Assembly (NCBI GenBank): GCA_004764695.1
Contig: SMSO01000033.1
Span: 1,302,001-1,366,000 of the forward strand
DNA length: 64,000 nucleotides
Direction: 5' to 3'
Origin: Schizochytrium sp. TIO01
Lineage: Eukaryota > Protista > Bigyra: Labyrinthulomycetes
Notes under the pieces: generated by a model
Databases searched by the model: none
Told to the model about the DNA's origin: nothing
The model's input: the letters and a program-made list of their open reading frames with translations, nothing else
Shown: positions 13,602 to 25,300 of the stretch, in pieces
Numbering within the stretch: position 1 is the first letter of the stretch
Layout: each line of letters starts with the position of its first letter
Position numbers and translations under genes: made by a program

Positions 13602-16600
13602 GCGCCCGGCGTACACGAGCATCATTCGTTCGTCCGTCCAAGAAATGAACATGAACCGTAACATCTAGGACGCAAGGCACCGAGATGGTTGATCACTCAA
13701 ATCAATCACTCCTTCTTCTTCTTATTATTATTATTATCATTATTACCACCGTCTCATGGACAATAAGTAAGCCACACGACGGCTTTCTCATCGACGCAGT
13801 ACAATCCACCTGCTCTCGCACGCAAAGCCCGACGACCCAGGTCGATCCAACTCGCGCTCATCTCGCCCAAAGCCACCACCAGCCAAGCATAAGCGTATAA
13901 TATGCGAGCACCCTGAGAAACCTCGAGATCAAATCTGCCCCTCTCCTCGCTCGTGTAAGTATTATACTTCTTATTCTCGCAGCACTTGTGGCGGTCCTCC
14001 CCTCTGGACACTGCGCATCAGTCTCTTTATGGTAGGAAGGCCCAGACTTAGCAGTCAGTCAGTACCTACTAGCAGTGCTCAGTCGCTTCCTCTATGTATA
14101 TATGCATGTATGTATGTATGTATCTCAGGGCGCGCCTATATTACGGGAAAGGCGCATTGGCGAGGAGGAGCAGGAAGCAAGCGCCTGAGAATGAATGAAT
14201 GATTGAATGAATGTAAGGACGACGAAGAAGAAGAAGAAGTCGGTGACTTGGAGAGAGAAGCTCTACCGGACGCCGAAGACCGCAGGAAGCGACGAAGATA
14301 CCCCGTGTATCGCCAGAGGCAGCCCGGCTTTGGGGTCCCCGCGCGCGGCCTTGCTTGCTTGCCTGCAGATGATTGGAGGAATAGTCCAATAAGTTCGTTC
14401 TTTTCTTTCCTAACCAGCCGCAGGATGCACGACTGCTAGCAGTTACGCCTAGGTGGGCGGTGCTCTTGCTTTCTTTCTTTCTTTCTTTCTCCCTTTCTTT
14501 CTCTCTGCCTGTGGTGAGGGAAGAAAAGGAGGAAGTTGGAAGAAAGAAGAGACCGCGCGACTGCTTTTGCTTCTTCTCAAAATTCCATCTTTCGTGCTTT
14601 TGGCGTATTGAAAGGAAGGGAGGCTTCTTCTCCTTCGTCCTCTCTCTCTCTCTCTCTTGGCGATGTGGAGAGAGCGGCAAGCCTGAAAGCTTGCTTGACT
14701 TGATCACCAGCATGGATCCAGAGGGTCTTCAAGAAGAAAGTGCCTCGGCACTTTTCTTCTGCGCCCGCCTTTGTCAGTGAACGAGTGAGTGAGTGATTAT
14801 TGGTTCCTCTCTCTTTCTTTTTGGCTTTCTTTCTTTCTTTCTTTCGACTCTTCTTACATTCTTTCGGTGGCGTTCTTTCCAGCGTTCTTTTCTAGCGGCA
14901 CCGTGTAGATAATGTATGTAGGTACCAGCTAGCGAGTATCATGTATTATATGTGAAGAAGGAAGAGAACGAATGAATGAATGAATGAATGAGCTCTAGCG
15001 CTGGCTATGATGAGGCACCTGACATGACAGGCAATGACAGGCAGAGATGGCGCAGGAAAGTTCACGACGAAATATTCGACGAGAGACCACGTACGCCTCT
15101 TGCTGCGACGAGCTAGGTTCTTTGAGGTCTAGGCACTGCTTTCATTCCTTTGCCTGTGTTCGGAGTTACCAGTAGTACCGAGCTAGGCTTCTTCTGTTTG
15201 TAAAGAAAGTAAGTAAGTAAAAGTCCAAAGAAAGACGAAGGAAGGGTAAATAAAAACAGAGCAAAGAGGCGTTAGTGAAGATGGACGCCGCTGGTGCTCT
15301 CATGTTGTTGTTGACGATGATGACTCCTCCTCCTCCTCCTCCTTTGCATGGCGTGATCGACTGAGGACCCAGCGAGACGGAGCAACCTTCGTACCGTTGT
15401 GAATGGCAAAGAACGCTCTTATTGCTCGCCTTGAAGCAATCAGGGCAGGCCAGGAGGAGGATGGATCTCTTCTTCGCTAATCTATCTCGAACTGGAGGTC
15501 GCAGTTTTTGCTCTCTTACTTACTTTACTATCCATCCAACCGTAGCTAGCTCTGCTCTAGCTAGCTAGCTAGAGGTAGTGGTTAGCCAGGTACTAAGTAC
15601 GTCTAAGACTCCCTCTACAGCTCTGCCTGCCAGCCCTTTGTTGATACCTTTGTCTTCCCACGTGAACATCGACAAAGATGCGGAGAGCCAAAGAAAGCAA
15701 AGACCGTCGAGACGCTTTCGGCGTCCTCGTCCGAAGAGCTTTGCCAGGAGCCATGGGACGCTCCCCGAGTAGCTCTTGCTTGGCTGGCCCGGCGACCAAC
15801 GAACGAATGGCGCCTTGGGACCAAGAAGCAGGCACCTGGAACTCAGTTTCTTCTTTCCTTCGTGATCGATCTGCTCTTCTTCTTCTTCTTCTTCTTCTTC
15901 TTCGCACACTGTCAATCAATTTCTCTCTCTCACACCAATCTCTCAATGACATGCCAAAAGAAAGTGATGAAAACCCGAGCGAGGCCAGCACCAGCACATT
16001 TATTTGCCTGCCTGCCTGCTGCCTATGCAGACAAGGATAACAACAGGGTTACAACAGTCAGTGCGAGGCGAAAGGAGGGGAATGGGAAGGGCCCTCGATT
16101 GCAGACGGCTGCGATTCAAGCGAAAGAGAGACGGATACGTTTGGTTTCTTCATCTTCGTCACTTGCCTCCCTCCAAATCAGTCAGTCAGTCAGTCAGTCA
16201 GACAGTAGTTAATTAAGTAGATGGCTAGCTAGGTAGAGTACAGGTACTTATATTAGTTAGCTGGTCTGTTAGTTAACCTCAGAAAGAAAGAAAGAATGCA
16301 CTCTTTTCTAGCGCTTTCTTTAACGACGTCAGGGTGAAGAATAGGAAAGTCTAACTCAGCTCACCGAAGTTGGGAATGCGCATTCGACGTGAGGTTCGTA
16401 CATGTATCCATCCATCCATTCATTCGTCCGTCCAATTGCGAGAGGTCAGCCAGCCAGCCAGCTGCCTCGTGCGAAGAAACCCAGAAGCAGAAGAAGAAGA
16501 AGAAGCACAAGCTCGAGAGAGGCGAAATGAATTCTTTCGCTAGTCTTTGAGTGTTCTTAGAGGTATACAATATGCCTTGGTACTTACTTACTTCCTTCCT

Positions 16601-17427
16601 TCCTCTCTATGTTTCTTCTTAATAATAATAATAGTAGTAGCAGTAGCAGTAGTATATTGCAAGCGAGTCGTCTTTGGAGTTCACTGGAATGAACTTTGAC
16701 TCATATTCGCCAATCACATCCCACGCACACCTTATTATTTGCGTATTGCACGATCATCACGAAGGTCCTCTCCAGCAAAGCTTTGCTTGTGAAGGGTGAA
16801 AAGCGAATGTTGGGCTTTAATAGAGCAGGAGTGCTTTATTATTATTATTCACCCCCTCGCTCGCTCACTCACTCACTCCTCACTTACTCAGTGAAATTTT
16901 GAAGGAGCACCATCACAGATTTGCCAATCGCTCACGATGTAGTATATTTCAAGAATAATAACACCTGTGACCTCCTGAGCGTGCGTGGCCGCCGTGGCTT
17001 AGTAGTGCTTCCGCGTGGAGCGGCGAGGGAAACCTCGACCGACCGCAGAGTCTCTACCAGCTCACGGGATGGCGAAAGAAAGAATTCGACGATCCTATAT
17101 GTCAAACAAAGCATATCAGTAATAATAGCAGCACCTACTATTAATCGATTAGGTGCCCCATACTTTCATGCATACATATTATATACATCTCCAACTCTAA
17201 TCTCATTGAACACATCCTTTTTACATTACATTTCAATCCTCGCATTCGCATCCCCAAAAGTCCACGACTGTCGCAATCCATCCCATCGCCGCCATCGACT
17301 CTTCATTTCGCGCCCCTTGTGCTCTTGGCTGCCCTGGTTCGGCCCTTGTCTTTCCCATGTACCGTAAATTAAATGGAATGGAATGTAATTGATCAACAGA
17401 TCGAATTGAAGATGGAGCACCTCCTGA

Positions 17428-17475
17428 ACATACATACATACATACATACATACATACATACATACATACATACAT
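17428..17475. repeat. (ACAT)12 microsatellite
   Basis: Direct read. Confidence 0.95.
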
Positions 17476-19886
17476 CCCTCTCTTCGGAGCAAAGACCACC
17501 TAAGTCTCACCTGCGACGACGGCCTTAACGTGCAGAAGATTGAAAATCACCCATTCGGCATCCCTGAGCGGCTGATACATACCTCTTCCGCAGCTCCGTT
17601 GCGCATTAGCTAAGTTTGCACAAGCAATCTGCCTGTCCCTTTGTCTCTTTTAGGCTGTCTGTCTGTCTTTTTGTCTGTCTGTCTGTCTATCAAAGCACAC
17701 GCTCAGACAGCTTTGAGAAGCTTCGAACCTGGACTGGAAGGGATTGCGAAGCGGCCTAGGCCCCCCTAAGGCCCTGCTAGGAGTCTGGTAATTCCACTTC
17801 TTCTGCTTCTTCCTTCTTCCTTCTGCTGGTAGGAGTCCTAGCCATTCCGGTAGCGCTGCTGCTACCATAACTGCTACCAGAAAGGACAGAAACTTGGTTC
17901 TTAAAGTTCCCTCTTCCTTGAGGACTTCTTTTGGGTTCGAATTGATCTTCTGCGCTCTCTCTCTCTTTCTGCTTTCTGTGTCTGTTCTGGTCTCTCTGAT
18001 CTTGTCTCTCTCTCTCTCTCTCTCTGTGTCTCTTTCGCTGCCCCCGGTGAACGGTGGGAACAGCTTTCGCAGAGCTCGCGTCGGCGTGGATTTGAACATG
18101 GATTCGCTCGAACTTTGGCGCTTCGAAGCGAGAGATGAACGACAACCGCAGTCGAAGAATGAATGAATGAAGGAACGAATGAATGAATGAAGGAAGGAAG
18201 GAATGTGCCTGAAAGCTTTAGTTAGCGCTGTTTCTCCTCCTTATAGAAGAAGAAGAATACATAGAACACAATAAAGTTATAAAATTAGCTGGTTTAGTTA
18301 GTTAGCTAGCGACTACTAACTACGGTTGGTAGTGGGTACCTGTACCTACTACTTACTTACCTAGCTAGCTAGCTAGCTAGTAACGAAGTACCCACCCACC
18401 AATGAGTGAGTTAGAAGCAAGCACTCTTTCCTTCTATGCTACCATTGCTGCCATTTCTGGTCTACGAGGGCAGTCTGAAAACGCTCCATTTCATTCTTCA
18501 CAGTGGCCACCGCCAACCGATCAGCCGTCGTTTTTATTGGCTACTTATCGAGGGTCTTTTCGCCGTCTTCCTCTAAAGGCCTCTCTGACGCCGACCTCTT
18601 AGCCATATCATTTCATTAGTTTCCTTTCATTTCACTTCATTTTTCATTGATTTGGTCTTTCTTGTCTTGAGTACTTCATTTCTCGCAGCGAGTCGCGGAG
18701 GGAGAGTCGAGGCACTAGGTAGCGAGCTGTGTGATTGCTGCGGCGTGCACCTTGGCTTGCTTCGTGGCCTGCTTGGATGGAATATTGGCTGCTTTCTTCG
18801 TGGCGAAGGCCCGTGTTTCGTCAACTCATCTTTGCCTTCGTGGAGTTTATAATTCCGCTTCTTTTTTTTGTTATAAATCTAGTGTTTGTTTCTTTTTGTT
18901 TCTTTGTTTCTTTGTTCTTGATTATTATCTTCTTTATTCGTAAACAAAAGTCTATCCAGCTACCACACTACCCGCCTGAGTACTACTGACTCGCAGACTG
19001 CTGACTGTCTGTGTTTACTTTCCTTTTCTTTTTCTTTTTCTTTTTCTTTTTCTTTTGTTTTTTCTGTTGCTAATTGTCTTTTCTGTTGCTAATTTGTCTT
19101 TTGAAGTAAATGTGGATCGAGCGAGAGTTATAGCCATCGGCCGAGCGACTAAAGCCCAGCACCCAAGCGTTGTTGCCTGCCTTATGTTCGTTACCCCCCG
19201 CTTCGGCTTTTCTCTACGATGCCTGATCTGTGCGGTTTGGAACTAGCGCTTCATCCTTTAAAATAAATTTTAATAAAAATACTTTTAAAAGTCTCGAATG
19301 CTTTCGTTTTGTAGCAAGCAAACACTTTGTCTATTTTTTTATTTATTTTTTTTAAAGTTTTGTTTATTTCGCGCCTCTTTTCTTTTCTCCTCTCTTCTTC
19401 CCTTCACAAATAAAACTAAACTTACTTTCCGAAGTCCAATGAAATTGTACAATTGTATAATTGTATACGTACGTATGCAGAGAGTGACTTCGTAAGGCTG
19501 CCGTTCTCTCCTTTCGTTCCTTCATGCCCTCGAGTCTGCTCTCTTTCCCTCTTGAGTCCGTGTGTTAGTTAGCTAACTGATCTCTCTCTCTCTCACTCTC
19601 TCTCTCTCTCTCTCTCTCTCTTGGCTTTCCATCATTTCAATGGAGCCAAGGTTAGACAATGGTGCGTCGTGTACGATCTACAGCGGAGATTGGCCCTCCT
19701 GGGGCACGCGAGCAGACAGACAAGCAAACAAACCAACAAACAAACAAACAAACAAACATACAAACAAACAAACAAACAGCCTTAGGGCAGAAGAGGACCC
19801 GCTGGCCATCGCAACAGCAGGAAAAAGCGCTCCATGATGCGTCCCAGACGATGACAAGCAGCAGATATCTCGAGGGAAGAAGCACG

Positions 19887-19914
19887 AGCTAGCTAGCTAG
19901 CTAGCTAGCTAGCT
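19887..19914. repeat. (AGCT)7 self-complementary microsatellite
   Basis: Direct read. Similar tracts at about 15555, 18361, 24998, 27751 and 47806. Confidence 0.95.
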
Positions 19915-20163
19915 GAGAAAGGGGAGGAAGGCTTGGTCCACAGGCGCGCGCATGGAGAGAGGCAGTGAAAGAGAGAGATAGAGGCCTTTTCTTTTCGCAT
20001 TCCTCGCTCTACTGCCGTCGAGTAGGCACCCAGATAAAGTTTGTGATGGGCTGTAATTTCTATGTTTTTATTCCGCGTTGTTATTTATTTGTAAACTTAC
20101 TTGCGATTCCATGCGACGTGTGGCCCGGACAAAAGCGAATGACTGACTCTGCGCTTTCTTTCT

Positions 20164-20238
<75 letters not shown>
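20164..20238. repeat. (TTGC)~18 microsatellite
   Basis: Direct read. Confidence 0.95.
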
Positions 20239-21917
20239 GGCACGGCTTCGGAATGCGACGAGAACTCGGCGGCGTTCCTGACTCTCGCCCTCGCAGTCGC
20301 CTTCTAGTGATTGTGCACGTCAGAAATTGATGGCTTGAGATCTAGCGGCTTCGAGTACGCAGGGAACGTTTCGGAATGGGGGTTAGAAAGCAACTAACCA
20401 CAAAATATATTACTGTGTTGCTTCGGTCAGCTTCCTGTAAACTAATTATGGGCTAACTCTAGAGTCTCAAATATGCTACGTTGAAGGGGAAACGGGAGAG
20501 TGAGGCAATGCATGAAGAAGTCACTCGAACTTGATCTGTCAACACATCATTCGAGTTCTTTTAATAAGAATTTCAGATAATTTGCTCTTTGACAGCTTCC
20601 ATTTCAATAAAATGCAAAAATCTATGGAAGCTTGAATAGACATATGAACTACATCAGGGTGTTGCCGTGACCCATGTGACAAAAATGGGTGAAGCAGTGA
20701 AGGCTTCTGATTTACTATAGGCAAACATTTATTCATTATTTATGATTTTTAGAAAATAATTTTAAAAGTTGGGTTGAATCAATGAGAACGAGACGGGAAT
20801 CTTACTTGTATGAAAAGAACTGGTTTAACTAAATTCCATGGCAAGGAAATTTCAAAACTGCTGGTGGCGGAATTCTATGGACAATACTTATCTTGTAGAA
20901 AGTCTTTTTTAGGACTTGCATGTAGAACCCTAACACTCCAGCACATTTAATTATTACATATATTGCCTTTCTTCGAGGTCATACTATATGCAGAAATACA
21001 ATCTAAAAATAGTAAATTTGAGTTTGCAGAACTTTACAAATTGCTGTGACGATATATTCCCCTGCACCAGATTCTGCAAAAGCAGAAATTCTCGAAAATT
21101 TTGAATGCGGAATTTTCACATACCAAAATTCTTTAACTTTCTGGTACCTAATCAGCAATATCGAAAAGAGTAGCTAGATTTAAACATCACGGGTATCTCT
21201 GAAAGTAAGAATAGCATGCTTTAGTCGTGGTATCGAATAAGAAAGACAAAAGATATTTCAATTGCTCAATAGTTTTACTTATAATATGAAAGAGTCGTTA
21301 ACCCCACAGTATATCTTTATAGTAATAATATGAATGGTCACTTTTGACCACCAGGTAATGTGTCTCTTGTAAAACATTTATTACATTGTAGGAATTGTTG
21401 CTAACCTTCGCAGCATTGATGAAAACTTGATTAGACAATGTGATAGTTAGAGAGAAATTATCGCCCGCTCAACTCCAAGCTCATGTACCAGCTTAGTATG
21501 ATTTGGATATAATTTGATTGGAGAACAAACTTGTTCCTCAATTTGTTTTTTTAAAGAATGCATTCGGTACAGACAAGATTTAAGAAAGAATTTGTCTTCT
21601 TTAATTTATAAAATACTGTTCTTCATTTTAATGGTTGTTTTTCTTTTGCAGCAGGCTAAAGCATGTTAGTCAATGCGCTCTGTAATAATCTGTCCTTTCA
21701 TATGTACTCCTGGAGAGTTCTTTTAAGCACCAAAATTGACGATAGTGATCGATGAATAAAGTAAATAGAATAACATGTATCCTATCGAGTCAACCCAGAA
21801 CGTATTAAATGATTCTGCTTAGTTTTCTGTTGCGGAACTATGCGATGCAGATTAGTGCAGCAGTAAAGAAAGAGAATAAACGCTCGTACTACTGACTTTG
21901 TTGATTTTAAAGTACTG

Positions 21918-22352
21918 TTTGAATACTTGTAAATGATGCGCATGTGAAGTGTCAAGAGGAATTCTTCATGATTCGTGCACAAAACCCCGACCCTTTCATA
22001 CCTTTATTTACCGCCAAAACTAATCCTGAGGAGGTGTATATCCTCTGCTAACCCGGTCTACTAAACAATTTCTCGAAAGGTATTTTACATGTACCACGAC
22101 GCCAGAAATACTGTAGCTTCAGGAATTGTGAAGCTCATGGCTCCCGAGTAATTTTCTGAGGAAGCCAGACAACAAACAATGTCCAAGAACGTTGAGCACA
22201 TTAAGAACATTGAGAACACGTTCTTGAAAAGCTTTCTGTTTCGGCTCCAGCCTTGGTTTATGCGCGAAAAGGACCCACTCCTGCTGGAAGCGGCAGTTTA
22301 CTATGGTGCTCGCCGCTCTGCTCAGGCCAAGCTCGTCACTGTTTGCCATTGA
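21918..22352 (+). pseudogene. Possible decayed glutathione S-transferase (theta-like) remnant
   Basis: Manual translation gives ordered fragments FEYL*, QEEFFMIRAQNP, YP/ANPVY*TISRKVFYMYHDARNTVASGIVKLMAPE*FSEEARQQTMSKNVEHIKNIENTFLKSFLFRLQPWFMREKDPLLLEAAVY. These echo the GST motifs FEY..D, EEF.KINP, LYP.DP..RA, YL.WHH..R and L..LE...L...PF..G..PT.AD.A.Y. In-frame stops (e.g. TAA 22149-22151) and frameshifts are present. Confidence 0.35.
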
Positions 22353-25300
22353 GCTTAATCTACAGAAAGCTTGAAATAGCAGGTCCTGTTGAACTTTAAG
22401 AAACATCCAATATCGTATGTTTACACAAAAAGTGCAGCAGCACCTTCTGCACCTTCTTCTTTGAAGTGGAAATAAATAACCGGCGCCGAGAAGAGCCCCC
22501 GCCACAGGTTCTTTCTTTACAGCGTAGCTATTTACAACTAGCTTGGCCGACTAGCCTGCCTCAGTCCCGGAGCTTCAAAGTTTCCGCAACGCTTCATCAC
22601 CGGTCAGTCGCTTCTTCAGCAAAGAGTGATTGCATTTCACCGTCAGAATGAGGCAAGGATGTCGGTGGAGAGGAAGGCCCAGCAAGTTTCACGGGCAACT
22701 TTAGGAGGTGCCGAGGTACTTGATACGTAGGAGGTACCTCCCTCTTTCTCTTTTATTTTATCTTTTAATTATTTTTTAAAAATTTAATTTTAAAAATGAA
22801 CGAGCTCGGCGGGAACGGAAAAGGAACGCTGCGTTCCTTTTGTGCGGAAGAGAACACATGCGTTGGGTCGGTACCTGTGTTCAGGCTCTTTTGCAAAGTA
22901 GACTAGTAGACTAGGCTGCTTTCTTCCTCACCCGGCTTCTTTCTTATGAAGCTAATGAGGACGACAATGCAATCTACGTGAGAAGGTTTACGCAGGCGTG
23001 TGGAGACGCAGACGCTTGCGAACCTGAGTCCTGAGCGATGCAGCCAAATACAGCTCAATCAATAGCTTCTGTTTCGCGCTCTGAGGTTCTTCGAAGCTAC
23101 GTTTGCTACTGAATTACACTTACCTACTAAAACATCGCTTCAAGAATAATAGTGTCGGGTCCACAAAACTTTTATTTTTTAACTCAGTTTTAATTTTAAA
23201 CAGAAATGAAATGCTGAAAGGAATCCTTAGTATTTTTATAAATTAAAATTGTTTTATTTTAGTTTTAAAGCCAAAAAATGGTTTTTAAGCACGTGGTTAT
23301 TATTTTACTTTCTTTTGTTTTGTTTTAATTGAAAAATAGTAACAAACGTTCACAGAAGAAGTTTTAAATAAAATCACTTCAACCTGTTTTCCTAGGACAA
23401 AGGATAGGAGTAATTGCTTTCGCTACTCTGCTTTTCGGCTCAGCTCGAAAGTGACAACAAAACGAAAGGAAGAACTTGAAAGGAAAGAAAGAAGAAACCC
23501 AAAAGGAATACGTCACAGACCTCCCTTAACTTTGCTTGCTTTTCTGCGCGCTTGCTTGCTGCTCTCCCTTCTGAACTCAATACTCAATCAATCAATCGGT
23601 CGATCGATCGATCAATCAATCAATCAATCAACCATTCAATGAATTAATGAATTAATCATTCACTCGAATCGCTGCTTTTCACAATCTCCTATGGAGATGG
23701 CCCTCTTAGAGATAAGAATAAGCAAACGAGCTGGTAGCACCCACCCATAATAAAAATACAGCCGCCCAAATCACTCGCAGACAAGACGGGCAGAGCTCGA
23801 GTCCGCCTCCGTAAAACAAAGCGAAAGCCGCTTGCCGAAGTTATCTTATATTCATTCACACGGTCTTTGGCAAAGGAAAAATTGCCCTCGGTCAACTTTT
23901 TTCTTGCCCTTCTTGGTACTAGGTAGATAGATGAATAGATAGACAGCTAGTTTTTAAATTGTAAAATTGAATAGTACAAGAAATCCATCAACATTCGACC
24001 TCCCTTCTCGCACTGGAAGGGGGCTGTGCTGCTCTAGAGAATTACTTAGTGCGAAACAGTCAGTACCTAGGCGTCGGCCTACATTATGTTATCTTACAGC
24101 GGGAAATAGAAACAATAGAAGTGCAGCAAGTTTACGCATGTGGATTCAGAGGAGCGTCACCCTGGAAGCTTGAGCGGAGCTTGAGCTAATAGTTGTGCAT
24201 TTCTTTTCAAAAGATATTGACAGACGCTCAATTCACCAGCAATAGCACAGGAGATGAACTCGAAGCATCGCATGTACGATACAATCGCTTGGAAACCTAG
24301 CTGACGGAGGTTGTGCAATTTGTTTCAAGGTCGGTGACATGAGAAACTGATTTGAGGCCTAATGTAGCTACAATGGCGTTATGATCGATCTTGAAATGTG
24401 AGGAATAGAGAAAATGGATGTAAACTATTCTTACCTTTTTTCTTTGTTGAAACATTTTACCTCTAGTTTCAAGTATCGTTAACATATAATGTATGGATAT
24501 ATAGCTCTTGACAAAGCTAGGAGTCTACTTGGGATAGGATGCTTGTGATGCTTTTGCAAGCCCTTCCACATCGTTACTTATCCACCTCGACGTGCAGAAA
24601 CGCAGGCGCCACTTCAACACAACATTATTCCTGTAAATATGTATTGTAATTAAGTAAGATCTTTAAAAAAACAAAAGAATTAATTCCGCAAATGCGGCTC
24701 GTGAAGCAACCAACCCCCAAGAGGTCTAGCCCTATGAAGCCATGCCATCCATGCTAAGTTTCATGCCTCATAGCTTTTGCACTTCTTCCTCCAAAATTAA
24801 ATCGCAAGAATTGGACTCTTGCTCGTTACCACTCTTCGTCCCTGGCGCTCCTCGCCAACTCCGTCACCCAGCGAACGCTCAAACATGACGGCGACGACGA
24901 TCCTGATACGGTTCCCTCATTCTTCATTTCCTTCATTGCACTCATTCCGAATGTCTCTCCGCGACTCTCTAGCTAGAGAGCGTACGATGAGCTACCGTAG
25001 CTAGCTAGCTAGCTAGCTGTCTCTAGCAGGGTCACTAACCCTGCAATCCCTCACTCAGCGCCTCTAATACGAGTAGTGGGTACTTACTTATTAGGCAGAG
25101 CGATGGCGATTGTTCCGCTAAGTAAGCAGCGGCCTGGTTCTTTCTAGCTAGCTAGCTAAGCCACGCGCTAGGAGGTTCCTAGGCCTGCTGTTGGCCCTAT
25201 GCGGCGCATCTCAGGCCGGCGCTAGTGCGGCTGTAGCTTCTCTTAACCCAACAGAGGGGAGGAAGAAGCGCCCTTAGTGGAAGCAGCGCAGGGAGCAAGG

